From Alloascoidea hylecoeti (lineage: Eukaryota): a DNA stretch of 64,000 bases. The notes under the pieces are model-generated. The model did no database searches and was not told the DNA's origin. It was given only the letters and a program-made list of their open reading frames with translations. The position numbers and the translations under genes are program-made. The DNA is taken from the NCBI GenBank assembly GCA_001600815.1, contig BCKZ01000025.1:1-64000 (forward strand), read 5' to 3'. Positions 10,777 to 23,369 of this stretch are shown in pieces (the first letter of the stretch is position 1; each line of letters begins with the position of its first letter).

Positions 10777-11676
10777 ATGGAAAAAATACTACAATGGTCA
10801 ATCGCAAATAGTCAAAATACAGATGCAAATTCAACAAAACCACCAGCACCATCACAAGAAATGTTAGCACAGTTATTCGGAGGACCAGATGAACCAACAT
10901 TAATGAAAGAAGCAATGATTGTTATAACAAATCCAGAATCAACATTAGAATCAAAACAAATTGCATTTGAAAATTTTGAAATGTTAATTGAAAATTTAGA
11001 TAATGCAAATAATATTGAAAATCTAGGACTTTGGGAACCATTATTATCACAATTAAATCAAGATATTGATTCTTCATTACAAATTTTAGCACTTTGGTCA
11101 ATTGGTACAGCAGTTCAAAATAATTTAAAATCACAAAATGATTTATTAAAAAGAAAAGATTCAATTTCATTAATTTTAAAACTTTTAAATTCAAATATAT
11201 TTGATGTTAAATTAAAATCATTATATGCACTTTCTAATACTTTACGTCATTCTGATATTGCTTATGATTTATTTAATAAATCAAATGGTTGGAAAATAAT
11301 AAATGATTTATTTAATTATTTGAAAAGTGAACAAGAACAAAAAATTAATAAAAATAATGTTAATAAATTACGATTTAGAATAATTAATTTAATCTCATCT
11401 ATTTTTACAGATGCTTCTAATCCTGAAGAAAGGATTAAAGATATTCAAAAATATGGTGATATTATCAATCAAATCGTTAATACAATAATAAATGATGATT
11501 TTAATAATACAACAAAAGAAGTTGCAATTCATACGTTAGCTCTATTAATACAGAATGGTGTTAAAGTTTCAACTGAACAAAAACACCAATACTTAATTAT
11601 TTTGAACAAAAGAAAGGAATTAGATTTAGATTTAGATTTAGTACCAGAGGATGTTGTTATTTTAGAGAGGGCTTAG
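10777..11676 (+). CDS. FES1: Hsp70 nucleotide exchange factor Fes1
   Basis: MEKILQWSI, LAQLFGGPDEPTLMKEAM, FENFEMLIENLDNANNIENLGLW, GTAVQNN. Confidence 0.93.
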   Translation: MEKILQWSIANSQNTDANSTKPPAPSQEMLAQLFGGPDEPTLMKEAMIVITNPESTLESKQIAFENFEMLIENLDNANNIENLGLWEPLLSQLNQDIDSSLQILALWSIGTAVQNNLKSQNDLLKRKDSISLILKLLNSNIFDVKLKSLYALSNTLRHSDIAYDLFNKSNGWKIINDLFNYLKSEQEQKINKNNVNKLRFRIINLISSIFTDASNPEERIKDIQKYGDIINQIVNTIINDDFNNTTKEVAIHTLALLIQNGVKVSTEQKHQYLIILNKRKELDLDLDLVPEDVVILERA

Positions 11677-13349
11677 AAATATCGTTAATTTGTTTAATTT
11701 TGATCACATAACATAATACATTACAATTGAAACAACAACAATATTATATGTACTATTTAAGAAATCCATAACTTCATCAAAACAGTTCGAAATGTAACAA
11801 TAAAAAATTATATATCAATTATGAATTAAATAACCCATAATATATGAGTATGATAATTGGAATACAAGCGCATTAAGAGAAGAAAAAGTCAAACCAAGAA
11901 GTGATAATATCGATATTGTAATTGTGGATGCATTGATATTGTGGGGTTTGCTTAGTTATGGTACCAGTTTCTAGGCTTGACAATTCTTTTACTTGCTTTT
12001 GATCTTTTAGTTGGTATTAGATTTAAGCGCCCATTGTTACTAACCCTGTATAGTTGCCATCTAATCAAATTTTTTTTTGTAAACTTTGTTCTTTTTAGAT
12101 TAATTAAGAAATAATATTTACTTCTGGGATCTCCAATTATTTAGCTTTACTGTATTCTCTCTTTCCATAACACGTGTATTATTTCACACATCTCTCTATA
12201 ACATTTACAGCAACAGATTGTAAGTTTAATTGAGTTTTTTTTAACTTTAGGAAAAAAGCAATACAAAATGTGATGCGACATACAAATGTAGAAGTTAAGT
12301 AGGAAAATTTTTTAATTGAGAAAATTTAAATCGAAAGAATATAAATAAATGGAATTCCCTACTAAGGTAAGAAATAAGTTCAAAATTAATACAAATTCTT
12401 CATTATTCTCTTATAAGAAATGTTCATATTCAACAAATTCTGCAATTCAATAGTCATAATACACGGGAATATACTGCCAGATTGAAGCGACAATCCATGA
12501 AGCTTAAAGACAAAATTTCAAAATGTAGGGATCTTTTGGGGTTGATAGAACGAAAAATTAAAGAAGTTCAACTCCGTCAAACTCCTGTTTTGTTTGAAGC
12601 TCAAATATAATTGTTATAATGATTTTTTTAGACATAATATTGCCTTTGGTTACATAGTATCATGGGATTATTTGGTTCTCCATGATATTTCTCAAGTTGC
12701 TGCATCCTTTTGCATGAATTCTGTATATTAGAATCTATTATTGTTATGAATATCATTGTCTTTATTCCACAATGAATCCTATATTTCCGTTTCCATTCCT
12801 TAGCTCAGTTTAAACCATATATTATATAGTATCCAAGTTCTTTTTTGATTAATATTGAAGTTCCCAGTCAGTGGTGAAAATATTTTCTGAGATTTAATCT
12901 GTGAATAAAATCTACTGATCTTGGGCCAATCTTCCCAACTACAATCAATTAGTATTGAATGTCACAGTCTAAAATGGTAATTAGTAATAAAAGCTTATAT
13001 TCTAATACAATTAGCCATTTACAATTCTTATATTCTTAGAAAAAACGTTAATCAAGTCATTTACATCTCAAAGCTTATAAAACGCGATATAATTATGAAC
13101 AAATAGAGCCTGACCGCGGTATCGACGTGATCAAACACGGTTAGAAGTTCTGATTAGGAAATAGATATCAATAAGATATTATTTCATTATAAATAGAAGG
13201 GAGTATTCTCATTTTATAGATCAGAGTTCTTCTTAGTACTTTATCTACTTATTATTTAATATAGACATAAGTTCAATTACATTATTAAGGTTACCCAAAG
13301 GCAGGTTCATTCCCGTCTGCCCTATAAACAATAATACAAAAGTACTTTA

Positions 13350-14150
13350 AAAAATGGCAGAATCAAACTGATTGCTGAGACAATAATATATTCATCCCGA
13401 CCCAAGACTATCCGTGGCGACATTATGATATATCAGATAAAATATTCTCTCAATAATACTTGCCACCAAAAAATGTATTAAGGTGAGTTTAATATATATG
13501 TAAATATAATCGAAACCTTGATTTACATGTATTATCATGTTTTTCAAATGATTCCATGATTTGGAAATTCGTCGTGTACCTTAATAGGTTTTTTGGGGGA
13601 GGCACAGATGAGAGAAGATTCTATCTAGTACATCTCATGGGGAATTAGATAAAACCGAACAGTGTCACAATATTTTCGTCTGAGGGAAAATCGTAATTGT
13701 TAAGATGGTTTGCACGGATTCTTGGGTTGAAATTGAGGTCAAGTTATGCGGAATAATTGAGTATAGTTTTTAGAATATACAAATGTAGGATCTTATTTGC
13801 ACTTTAAACTTACAAATTATTAGATGAAATTTCAATTAGTCATTGTATCCTATAATCATATGATCTTAAGCACCGTTTATGCAGCTGAATCTGAGTTGCT
13901 CATGAAAACTTTCAATTTCGTCTTATGTTCTGATGATGAAACCAAAATTGTTAAGACCTAGACCTTTTTATTGGAACAAATTAGACATTCACAATTGAAA
14001 TTAACAGAAAAAAAATGGCAGTGTAAACTATACGTTGAAAAGTTGCTGTTTCCCCGTGGAGAGAAATCAATAGCAAACAATTTGTCAAATTTACGAAGTT
14101 TGGCTGAACAACCTGTTAATTGTAGGTGATGGCAATGATTATGAAAATAT
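13350..14150 (+). pseudogene. Possible decayed coding relic
   Basis: Protein-like stretches with scattered stops (KWQNQTDC*DNNIFIPTQDYPWRHYDISDKIFSQ*YLPPKNVL) and a GTGAGT donor-like site; family not recognised. Confidence 0.3.
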
Positions 14151-14531
14151 GTGGTTTTACGTTTTGGAATTTAATCAAGTAGTATTAGGTCTTTCGGAAT
14201 TTGAAATTTCAAAAGTTTCAACTATTTTTGGTAATTTGTAAACAGTACAAGTTTTAGTTCTATTTTGGTACATATTTTCTTCTATAATTATAACGTTAGC
14301 TTCTTGGAAAACAATATGTGGCAATTTCACTTGCTGTTCAACCTGATCTGAAGTGGGCATCATTAAAAATGAAGTTTTAATGTAGTTATAATATAGGTAC
14401 CAATTCTTTATAATTCACAGCAGTCTAAACATCATATAACTAAACTATGAATTCCAACATCAACATAAATATCTATTTAAATATCTATTTTTGTATAAAT
14501 TTATATATTTATAAAGGATCATAAAAAACAA

Positions 14532-15734
14532 TCACATAATAATAGATTCTTTTTCAACATTATCAGATAAAGTTTTATGTGGTAAAACCTTAGCACCATT
14601 AACATAAATTTCATCTTTAACTTTTACATCATCACCTAAAACAGTAACATTTTGTAATCTTGCCCATTTACCAACTTCAGAATTCCAACCAATAATTGTT
14701 GATTTAATCCAAGCATGATCTTTAACAATTGAATTTTTTAATAAAACAGATCTTTGAATTCTAACACCATCACCAATTATAACATTTGGACCAATTGTTA
14801 CATTTGGACCAATTTTACAATTATTACCAATTTTTGCAGATGGATCAATTAATACATTTCCTCCATAAATATAAGGTTCTGATGTTGATGATAATAATGG
14901 AGAATTTTTTTTTGTTAATGATGATAAATAAAGACAAGTACCAGATAAGAAATCTTTTGGTTGACCAACATCCATCCAATAACCTTCTAAATCAAAAGAA
15001 TATAAAGATTGTTTATCAACTAATTGAGGGAAAGTTTCTTTTTCAATTGATGTTGGACGCAATTCAATTGTATCAATAACAGAAGGATTTAAAATATAAA
15101 TACCAGCATTAATTCTATTACCAACAAATTCAACAGGTTTTTCAACAAATCTATCAATTCTATTGGGGACTTGTGGATCATGAACAATAACACCATATTT
15201 ACTTGGTTCATCAACTTTTGTAGCAACAATTGTACCTTCACCACCATGATTTTTATGAAATTTTGCCAATTGTTTAAAAGGATAATCACAAATAATATCT
15301 GAATTTAATACAAAAAATGGTGAATCATCTTTTTTTAAAATATCTTCTGCTAATTTTAATGGACCAGCAGTTCCTAAAGGTTCAGTTTCAACTGAAAATG
15401 TAATATTAACACCAAATTCTTCTTCATATTTTTTTAAAGTTGAAACCATTACTTCTGGACGATAATTAACAGCTAATATAATATCTTTAACACCAGCTGC
15501 AGCCAATGCCTCAACTTGATGAAGAATCATTGGTCTATTTCCAAATTCAACTAATGGTTTTGGTAAAGTAAGGGTCTATTTGTTTGAAAAATAGTGAAAA
15601 TGTTAGTTCAAGGCCAGCAATCATAATAGCCAGCACCGAAGATTTGACTAGATATAACAATGAATTGAGAATAAATAGCATACTAAAGGTCTAAGACGGG
15701 TTCCGTAACCACCAACGAGAATGAGGCCCTTCAT
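14532..15734 (-). CDS. PSA1: GDP-mannose pyrophosphorylase; exons 15734-15684, 15575-14532
   Basis: Spliced [48 protein letters not shown]; hexapeptide repeat C-terminus; intron GTATGC...ACTAAC...TAG. Confidence 0.96.
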
Positions 15735-15950
15735 ATTAGAATATAACGATAAAAAGGAAAAATGATAAGTTTATACAACAAGGTTGTTTTGCCAATGAGC
15801 ATGAAGGTGAGAAGAACAGGTAATATATAAATGAGGATGAGATAGCCGGGTAAATTAGATGATCCAAATATACCAAACCAAAACTACAATAAAAAATCAT
15901 ATTCATATTTATATTAATATTTATATTAATATTTATATTAATATTTATAA

Positions 15951-16454
15951 TTATAGTGAACCACATCCATAATATCTTTTAATCTGTTTCATTCTTAAAA
16001 TGGTACAACTTTGTTTTCCAAATCTTTGACCAGCAGAGATTTCATTATCATATTTTAGTAAAAATTCATCAACATCAATTAAATCTGCTTTTTGTGCCAT
16101 TATTAATTCATCTTTTTCATTTTCATTAATACATGTTTTTAAAATTGGATTATGATTTTGATTATGATTTTGATTATGATTTTGATTAATAATTTTCCTA
16201 TTACCATGTATATGACCAATTATAGATGATCTTCTTTGATTTTTTGATCTTTTAATTGATTTATTTGGTTTTAAATATTGAACCATTGATTTCATAAATT
16301 TTGATGATTGCTGTTCATTAATATTTTGAATTGTTTTAACTTGTTGTTCAATTTCTTTAAATCTAACTTTTGACCTTTTAATATTTATATCAATTTCATA
16401 ATTAGAAATACCTTCATTATTGAGAAAACCAGTAGATAATTGTAGATCAGCCAT
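15951..16454 (-). CDS. Hypothetical protein, 167 aa, with an NHNQ repeat
   Basis: ATG-initiated ORF, host-like codon usage, TATA-like run at ~16507-16517; no recognised domain. Confidence 0.6.
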   Translation of the reverse strand: MADLQLSTGFLNNEGISNYEIDINIKRSKVRFKEIEQQVKTIQNINEQQSSKFMKSMVQYLKPNKSIKRSKNQRRSSIIGHIHGNRKIINQNHNQNHNQNHNPILKTCINENEKDELIMAQKADLIDVDEFLLKYDNEISAGQRFGKQSCTILRMKQIKRYYGCGSL

Positions 16455-17211
16455 TGTTTTACATAAGGCCTTTAAAAGTCAAATAAAATGGGAGGCTGAA
16501 GACAAGATATATATAATATAACGAATTTTATGGCAGCATAACACGTTTGATATAACTGGGATAACAAAGAGGCTTTTTTAGTAGATTGTTTGCCCATAAC
16601 TAACACTGCATACTTAATTAGTTAACGATATGGCATATTATGTGCGTGCTGGTCATAAATAAAACAAGCCTCCATTATCCGTATAAAGTGGCGTTGTTTG
16701 TGGGTTCGGTTTCTCGGAAGCCCCGTTGATATTTGGTCTGTTCAACTCCGCTGTATTAGTATTATTCCAAGTTATTCATGATTCTGAAAGAAGTGTCTAC
16801 GAGAAGCCTTGTCATTCACTTTGAGTATGTAACTTTCTGTAATTATTGTTAATTAGTTGTTAATTAATTGTTAATTAAATATATAATTATATAGAAAGTA
16901 AAATAGTTGTGAAATTTATATATTACATGTAAATAGATACAGATTATATCGACAGGTTAAAGAGACAAACAAGATAAATATATATAAAAATCTATGGGGA
17001 ATGGTGATCATAATTAAATTATAAAAAAAATAGTAAGAGTAATGAATAAATCAAATGCAATATTTATAATCAATAATAACAGGACGACTTAACTTAATTT
17101 GATAAGTTATAACAATGAATGAATGAATGGATAAATGAATTTGAAGTTTAAGGCAAGCCAGTGCCTTTCAACTTTCAAATATTATCAAAATTGGATTTAT
17201 AAAGGTGATGA

Positions 17212-17371
17212 TTATTTTTGACTTGGAGTAGGAGAAGGAGAATTCTTTGAATTTTTGGATTTTAAATGATATTTTGCATCTTTATATTTTTTAGAAAAAA
17301 TTCTTCCTAAATCTTTTGTAGCATGTTTTAAACTACTATTTCGTAAAATTCTAGGACGATTATTTGTATTT

Positions 17372-17409
<38 letters not shown>

Positions 17410-18456
17410 TTCAATTTTAAGATTAATTCCTCTAATTCCTCTAATTCCTTCTTTTTCAAAATTTAAATCTGGTGAAGTTGCAGTTGTTGCAGTTTGATTT
17501 GTTTGTTGTGATAATACTTCATCCAGAGGAGTAAAACTATTTAAACTACTTTCAGTTGATTGACATTTCATAATTATTGGTGATAATGATGATTTATCAT
17601 TTGATTTATTTTTAATATTAAAATAATCATCCATTTTAATATCACTATTTGCAGAATTAATATCTCTTTCAGATCCTGAAGTTTGACCAAATTCAGATCC
17701 TGAATAACTATTTGTATTTCTTAAATTTGTTGTTGTTATTGGATCTAAAGTATAAGAAACAATTGTATTTCTTTGTGATGGTGATAAACATTCTTCACAT
17801 GATCCAATAAATGAAACATAAGTACTATCACGAACCAATTCTTTAACGATTTCATATGCATCTTCAAGAGCAAGTAAAGCATTTTTAGAATTAAAATTGA
17901 TTTTTTTATCATCATTGTTAAGATTTAGTAAAATTGTTCGATTTTCACAAGGAATATTGATTTCATTTAATGAATTTTGTATGATATAAGTTGAAACAAT
18001 GGATTTATAAAAATTAATTAGTTGATCATTATCATTTTTTTGAGCTGATGATTTTTCATTATAAAAAGTCTTAAACCTGAGAACATCCAATAAAAATTCC
18101 AAATTCTCAAGACAGTGACTATGAGCAGCATGTCTCGTAAATCTGGCTAACGTGAAAGGAGGAAAAGAGTTTCCAGATAATATTTCTTCTAATGATGGAT
18201 ATTTTGAACCAGCGGTTGAAAATCTTTCTTTTTCTCTTGAAAATTGATCGTTTGGAGATTTTGAGTTGAATAGATAAAAAGCATTTGTCAAAGCATCAGA
18301 ACCATCAATATCAATGTTTCTTGATTGTTGTTGATAAATTTTACTATTATGCTTTGAATTTAAAGATTTGTCGTATTCTTGGCTCCATGTTTCGTCTAAA
18401 GAAGGAGAACTTATTTGGGATCGAATATCATTACTTATGTAATACGTGTTTTCCAT
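17212..18456 (-). CDS. RGS2: RGS-domain regulator of G-protein signalling (Rgs2/RgsA-like); likely ATG at 18456
   Basis: PSLEEILSGNSFPPFTLARF...HCLENLEFLLDV...YIIQNSLNEINIP; poly-Asn low-complexity tail. Confidence 0.8.
17373..17408 (-). repeat. (AAT)n microsatellite encoding poly-Asn in the RGS gene
   Basis: Direct tandem in the sequence. Confidence 0.9.
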
Positions 18457-21085
18457 TTTCCTGACAACTTCCCGAAAATACAAAAATACAGCACTAACAC
18501 AATAGTATTAAATATGAGGAAGGTGGATTTTTATGTCTTATAAGTATCTTTTTTTATCAAAGTTTCAAATGGGATTTTCGGTCACGTACTATTCCAAGCA
18601 GCCGCGGCCTCTGATTGGCGGAATCTGGCAGAACCGTTGAGGTTCTCTGCATCTGTGCAGGAACGTAAAAGCAGCAAAAAGAAAAGAGCATTGGACGTGC
18701 ATGCGTCTGCAGATGCAAGCATGCAAGTGACGCGTAAAAGCCGTTGCGAATCTTTACTAATAAAATATTTTTTTGTTCTTGTTTATTTTTTACGTAAAAT
18801 TTTTTCTTCTCTTTTCGACTGCTTGTAAATCAAATCAATCAATACTGTCTCATTGATTTGATTTGCTAACAAACTTGCGCACCAATTCCATGTCAGCGTT
18901 GTCTTTGTACTTTTCCATAGAGAGTAGGTTACTGTTAAATAACTCCATTTCAAAACATATTTCATAAAAGTATAAACACCACTATCACAACTTAATCGAT
19001 CAAAACCACCCCATTAATTGGCATATAATGAAATGAAATGAAATGAAATGGATTTGGATCTGGATCTTCATTACTTTTTAGTCTAAAAAGCCATGGGTCA
19101 TGACACTCAGCTATATATATTAACATTCTTAATGAAATCCCACATTTGCAAGATTTATTTGTAAATAATAATTAAAATTACTAAATGCCAAATGTCAAAG
19201 TGTGTAAATGTAATTAATCCTAACAATCGGTATTTTAATGAATTATTTATTAACATGGGGTAAAAATGATTTATAATGCATATTGATTTCAAATGAGGGA
19301 ATTTCTTGATCAATTGAAAATTCCTGATATAAATTTAAGAACTGTGTTAAGTTTAATTTTAAATAATGAAAACTTTATACTTTGATATCAATGATCAATT
19401 ATGTCTTTGATATGATATGATAAATTAATAAATTAATTAGTCAATCGATCAATTTGATTGATCAATCAATCAATTAATCAATTATCAAAGATAAGGCTCA
19501 AGTAACTTATTAATTACTTCAAAAATTCTAATTAAATGAATGAATGANATAATTATCGCTATCAATGAAATTGACATTGAGAGAAATTAACAATAAATCC
19601 ATACATTTAATAAACTTCGAAATCTTGAAATGTTGACGTTTTAGAAACATTCACCAACATTTTAAAATAAAGATAATATAATAGCAATCAATAGTATAAT
19701 ATAATTATTATTATTGACTAATACAATTACTCATAATTATATCGGTGCTGTTATTGTTAAACATAGCATTCACAGATTGGGGGCCTTTTTTATTTAATCG
19801 AAAAGACTATTAATTCCTCATTTTTTAATATATAATATTAATTCATCATCTTTAATTTCAAAATTACATTCACCACATTAGATACATAAATGAAATAAAT
19901 ACATCAAGATATATATATAATTATCAACTAATTATATAACTTTAATCCAGCTCTCCAGATAAATATTGCTATCATTACGATATCTCCCCCTCCTTTTATG
20001 GATGGATGCTGTATAAGAGATGATATATAGTACACAGTANGGATATAAACGGCTTTATGATGTAATCTAGTGGTTAAGTCTATTAGCTAGTGGAAGCTTA
20101 TATATTGGTATGACATTTATATACGTAATAAAGTATTTAACCACTATAGCTACCTTATATTCTTCTTGTCTAGCACTAGACTACTACTAGATGCTGTACA
20201 TATACGAGATCACCGTTACAATTATGAATCTATGGGCATTAATATTTGTAATGATATTATAAATCAATCAAGTAATGTTGTATAGCCAGAAATCCACCCA
20301 TATAACTATTGATCCGTATAAACTATAGTCGTATACTATAAATCAATTAATGTACAACATGTACAGTCGGGCAAAGCTTGGCCATATATTCGGTTAATGC
20401 CAACTACTTCTACCGGATTGACATCATTATAAACACACAACAACAAGGTTCATCAGTATTATAATAATTGTTGAAATCTCACGAAATCAAACCGTTGAAA
20501 ACGTTCTTAAATAGTCAACGTATATTAGCAATAATATTATAATTCTGAATTTATAATTGCTTTTAATAGAAGATTTCATATGCACAGAATATCAATTAGA
20601 TAATTATTTAATAATATTTTATTGGTGATCTACTGAGTTATATTTCACACACTGTAATTATAATTAAACACTGACTAATCGATCACGTACCTACTACATA
20701 ACTAGCTATCAAATGAATATTATTATGTAAAGACTAAACGTACATAATATGCATGCCGGTTCATGAGCCATTATTAGTTGATCATCATCAATAATATTTT
20801 AATACGTTCGTTAATGAGCTATATTCAAGTCTTTCACATCAAAAATCTAAAAAAATCTTATATTGTTGTGAAGTCGGCAAATACCGAAAAAAAAAGTCAT
20901 GAAGCTTAAGTATGAGCATGATCTAAACAACAACTAATGAGTCTATGACACATATATATAAGATAAATAGTTTTATACTTATACAACTGTTTATAGCTCA
21001 TCTAGGAAAAAACTAGTGGATTGTATTGTGTGATCAACACTTTAATAGTATTTATTAGATATATCATATTTCAAGATTTGACATG

Positions 21086-21123
21086 TGTCACGTGTCACGT
21101 GTCACGACTCACGCTTGCACGTG
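21086..21123. promoter_or_regulatory. Cluster of CACGTG E-boxes in a (TGTCACG)3 tandem
   Basis: TGTCACG x3 at 21086-21106 gives CACGTG at 21089 and 21096; a third CACGTG at 21118. Confidence 0.55.
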
Positions 21124-21714
21124 CGCTTCGGATCTCACTGAGCTCCGGCCGGGCGTCAATTAAGTTTCACAATAAGGTTGGAGTACGTTCGGAGACAGGG
21201 AATGAGGCTGTTTTATTGGTCGAATCAGTCAATGTTTATCTAATATATATAAGGCTGAAAAAATTATATTTGATGAGCTGTTTAACAAGGAACACAAGTA
21301 AAAAACTTTCACAAGACTTTGAAAAGTGACACTTTGAAAAAAGAGGGATATAAAGTTAACTGGTAAAATATATTATTATATAGATGTGTATATTTATCTA
21401 GTTATGAAAAGAAATATAATTACTCTTGATACTTTTATTTTGTTTTTTTACTTAGACCCAGCAGTAATACAATATAAAATAAAACAAAATAAAATCAAAC
21501 GTTAACAAATATGAAGGAAGATAAAAAAAACATTCAACTGAAAAGAATAACCCCCAAACAAATATCACATCAAATAGCCAATTATAACTTATTATTTATA
21601 AGCTCAAGTATTTTAAAAGACTAGTACCAATGTTTCATATACATTAATTGTATTTATAATTTAATCAACAAAACCAATTGCTAAATTAAAAAGTTCTATA
21701 ATATGTGTGTATCC

Positions 21715-22017
21715 TTAAAAGGGGTTGAGTTCACGGTTGTAATCATTTCGTCTAGCAGCTTCTCTAAAAGCAGATGATGAAGTTAAAGTTTCAGTTACAC
21801 TGACTGGTTTTTGAAGTTTGGCTTTGGTTAATGGACCATATTGTTGAGCAGACTTTCTATATTCGGCAAATGTAGTCTGAGTGGTTTCAGATCTTGAAGA
21901 TTTAACTTTTTTTGATTCTGATTGACAGATTGAAACAGATGAAAAGAAACGAGCCCGTGTAAGTGCTTTAGGTGCGATAGATCTGACAGAAGAAATAGCT
22001 GTTGTAGAGAAAACCAT
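21715..22017 (-). CDS. DPI8: Small mitochondrial protein, DPI8/YJL133C-A-like
   Basis: Ser/Arg-rich presequence-like N-terminus; motif TFAEYRKSAQQYGPL resembles FKEYRENAKTYGPL. Confidence 0.65.
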   Translation of the reverse strand: MVFSTTAISSVRSIAPKALTRARFFSSVSICQSESKKVKSSRSETTQTTFAEYRKSAQQYGPLTKAKLQKPVSVTETLTSSSAFREAARRNDYNRELNPF

Positions 22018-23188
22018 TATGTCTATGATGCGTGAAACTGATATATTAATATTATATGAGTAGAAGAAAAGTGAAAAAAAATTAGGGATTTAACTTCCTT
22101 ATATAAAGTTTGTGTTGTGATTTCATGTGAGAAAAATCAACTAAGAAGGGAAAAACAAAACTTTTTTGCATCTTGTTCGATAATGCAATTGACTCTTTAA
22201 ATTACGTATGCTACATTAATGAATGAAAGGTGGCGTGGTTGATTAATAATAGACTTCTAAAGTTTTCCAATCTTTCCAATCAGAGTATATAAAAGTTAAT
22301 AAAACTATGTTTCATTGTCATTTCTTGTCAGGGATGAAAAAGTTGTTAGCTGAAAAGTAGCAAACTCCGAAAGTTCACGTGTGTTTAATATTTGTCAACT
22401 TTTGATACAAGTTGATGGGAATTATTGATTGATGATCATGAGTTATTATATCTCTTTAATCAATAACTTGATTTCAATTGGATAATACAACCGTAGAGAG
22501 GGTGACTGATAAGGCAGGCCTGTTATTTTAGATCTGGACGAAAACAGGTCGCCGTTTGACCCCACCATCTGCAATTAAATCGTCGGAATTCTTCGGCTTC
22601 CATACTATTAACTAGTTGATCGACCTCTTATTATAATACAATCTCATCCATAAGTGGAACCATCAGTGGAGATAGTAGGAATTCCCACTTGCCCCCCACA
22701 ATCTTTCCCACTTCATGATGGGTGGCGAGTTTCAATTCCAAACTAAAATCGTCGCGTAGCAAGCACTAATTCGCACATTTGCGGAACATTGTACATCCAT
22801 TATTCCATAATTACACACTGTCGGACGTACGCCGTATATATCACATGTGCCATGTATTATGATGTTCATGGCTCATTTTCATTTAAGTTTAGCAAATCTG
22901 TTTGCTTCTCATATATAAGTGATTTTTATATATGTGGAGGTAGGCCAAAAGTGCCCGCAATTTCTTTCTAGATTTTTTTACTCGTGTTTTTACTCTTACG
23001 TAGCTTGCCAACATACTGAGCGAAAATCCACTAATTACCTCTCGGAAACTTGGTTACGGTTGATTTGTATAACACTGATATATTCTAAAAGACTTAGTAA
23101 ATATATTGGAAACTTCATGGTCAGTATGTTGTTAACTACTGACAAACAGGTTGCTTATTGGTGTTGGCTTAATTTTGTCTCTTCAAGT

Positions 23189-23217
23189 CCGGGTAAATGT
23201 CAAGAACGTGGCACGTG
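23189..23217 (+). promoter_or_regulatory. Reb1-like CCGGGTAA (23189-23196) and paired Pho4-type sites AACGTG (23205) and CACGTG (23212)
   Basis: Motif matches about 155-180 bp upstream of the PHO86-like ATG. Confidence 0.5.
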
Positions 23218-23369
23218 TTGTAGCCGGGATCACTTTTCTGTCATCGTGGGAGCTTCAATGTATCTGATTGGCACACAAAAGACTTTAAAATTTGCACATT
23301 AATTATTTACTTTTTTCGATCCTTGAAAATCTTATAAATTCTCTTTTCACTTCTTTATTACTATTTATA

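Noticed and set aside
7312..16190. Same NHNQ 12-bp tandem in RPN4 and the 167-aa orphan
   Set aside because: Simple microsatellite with no flanking similarity; AAT/CAA repeats are common in this window
21086..21200. Point centromere (CDEI TCACGTG)
   Set aside because: Followed by GC-rich DNA, not an ~80-bp AT-rich CDEII and a CDEIII
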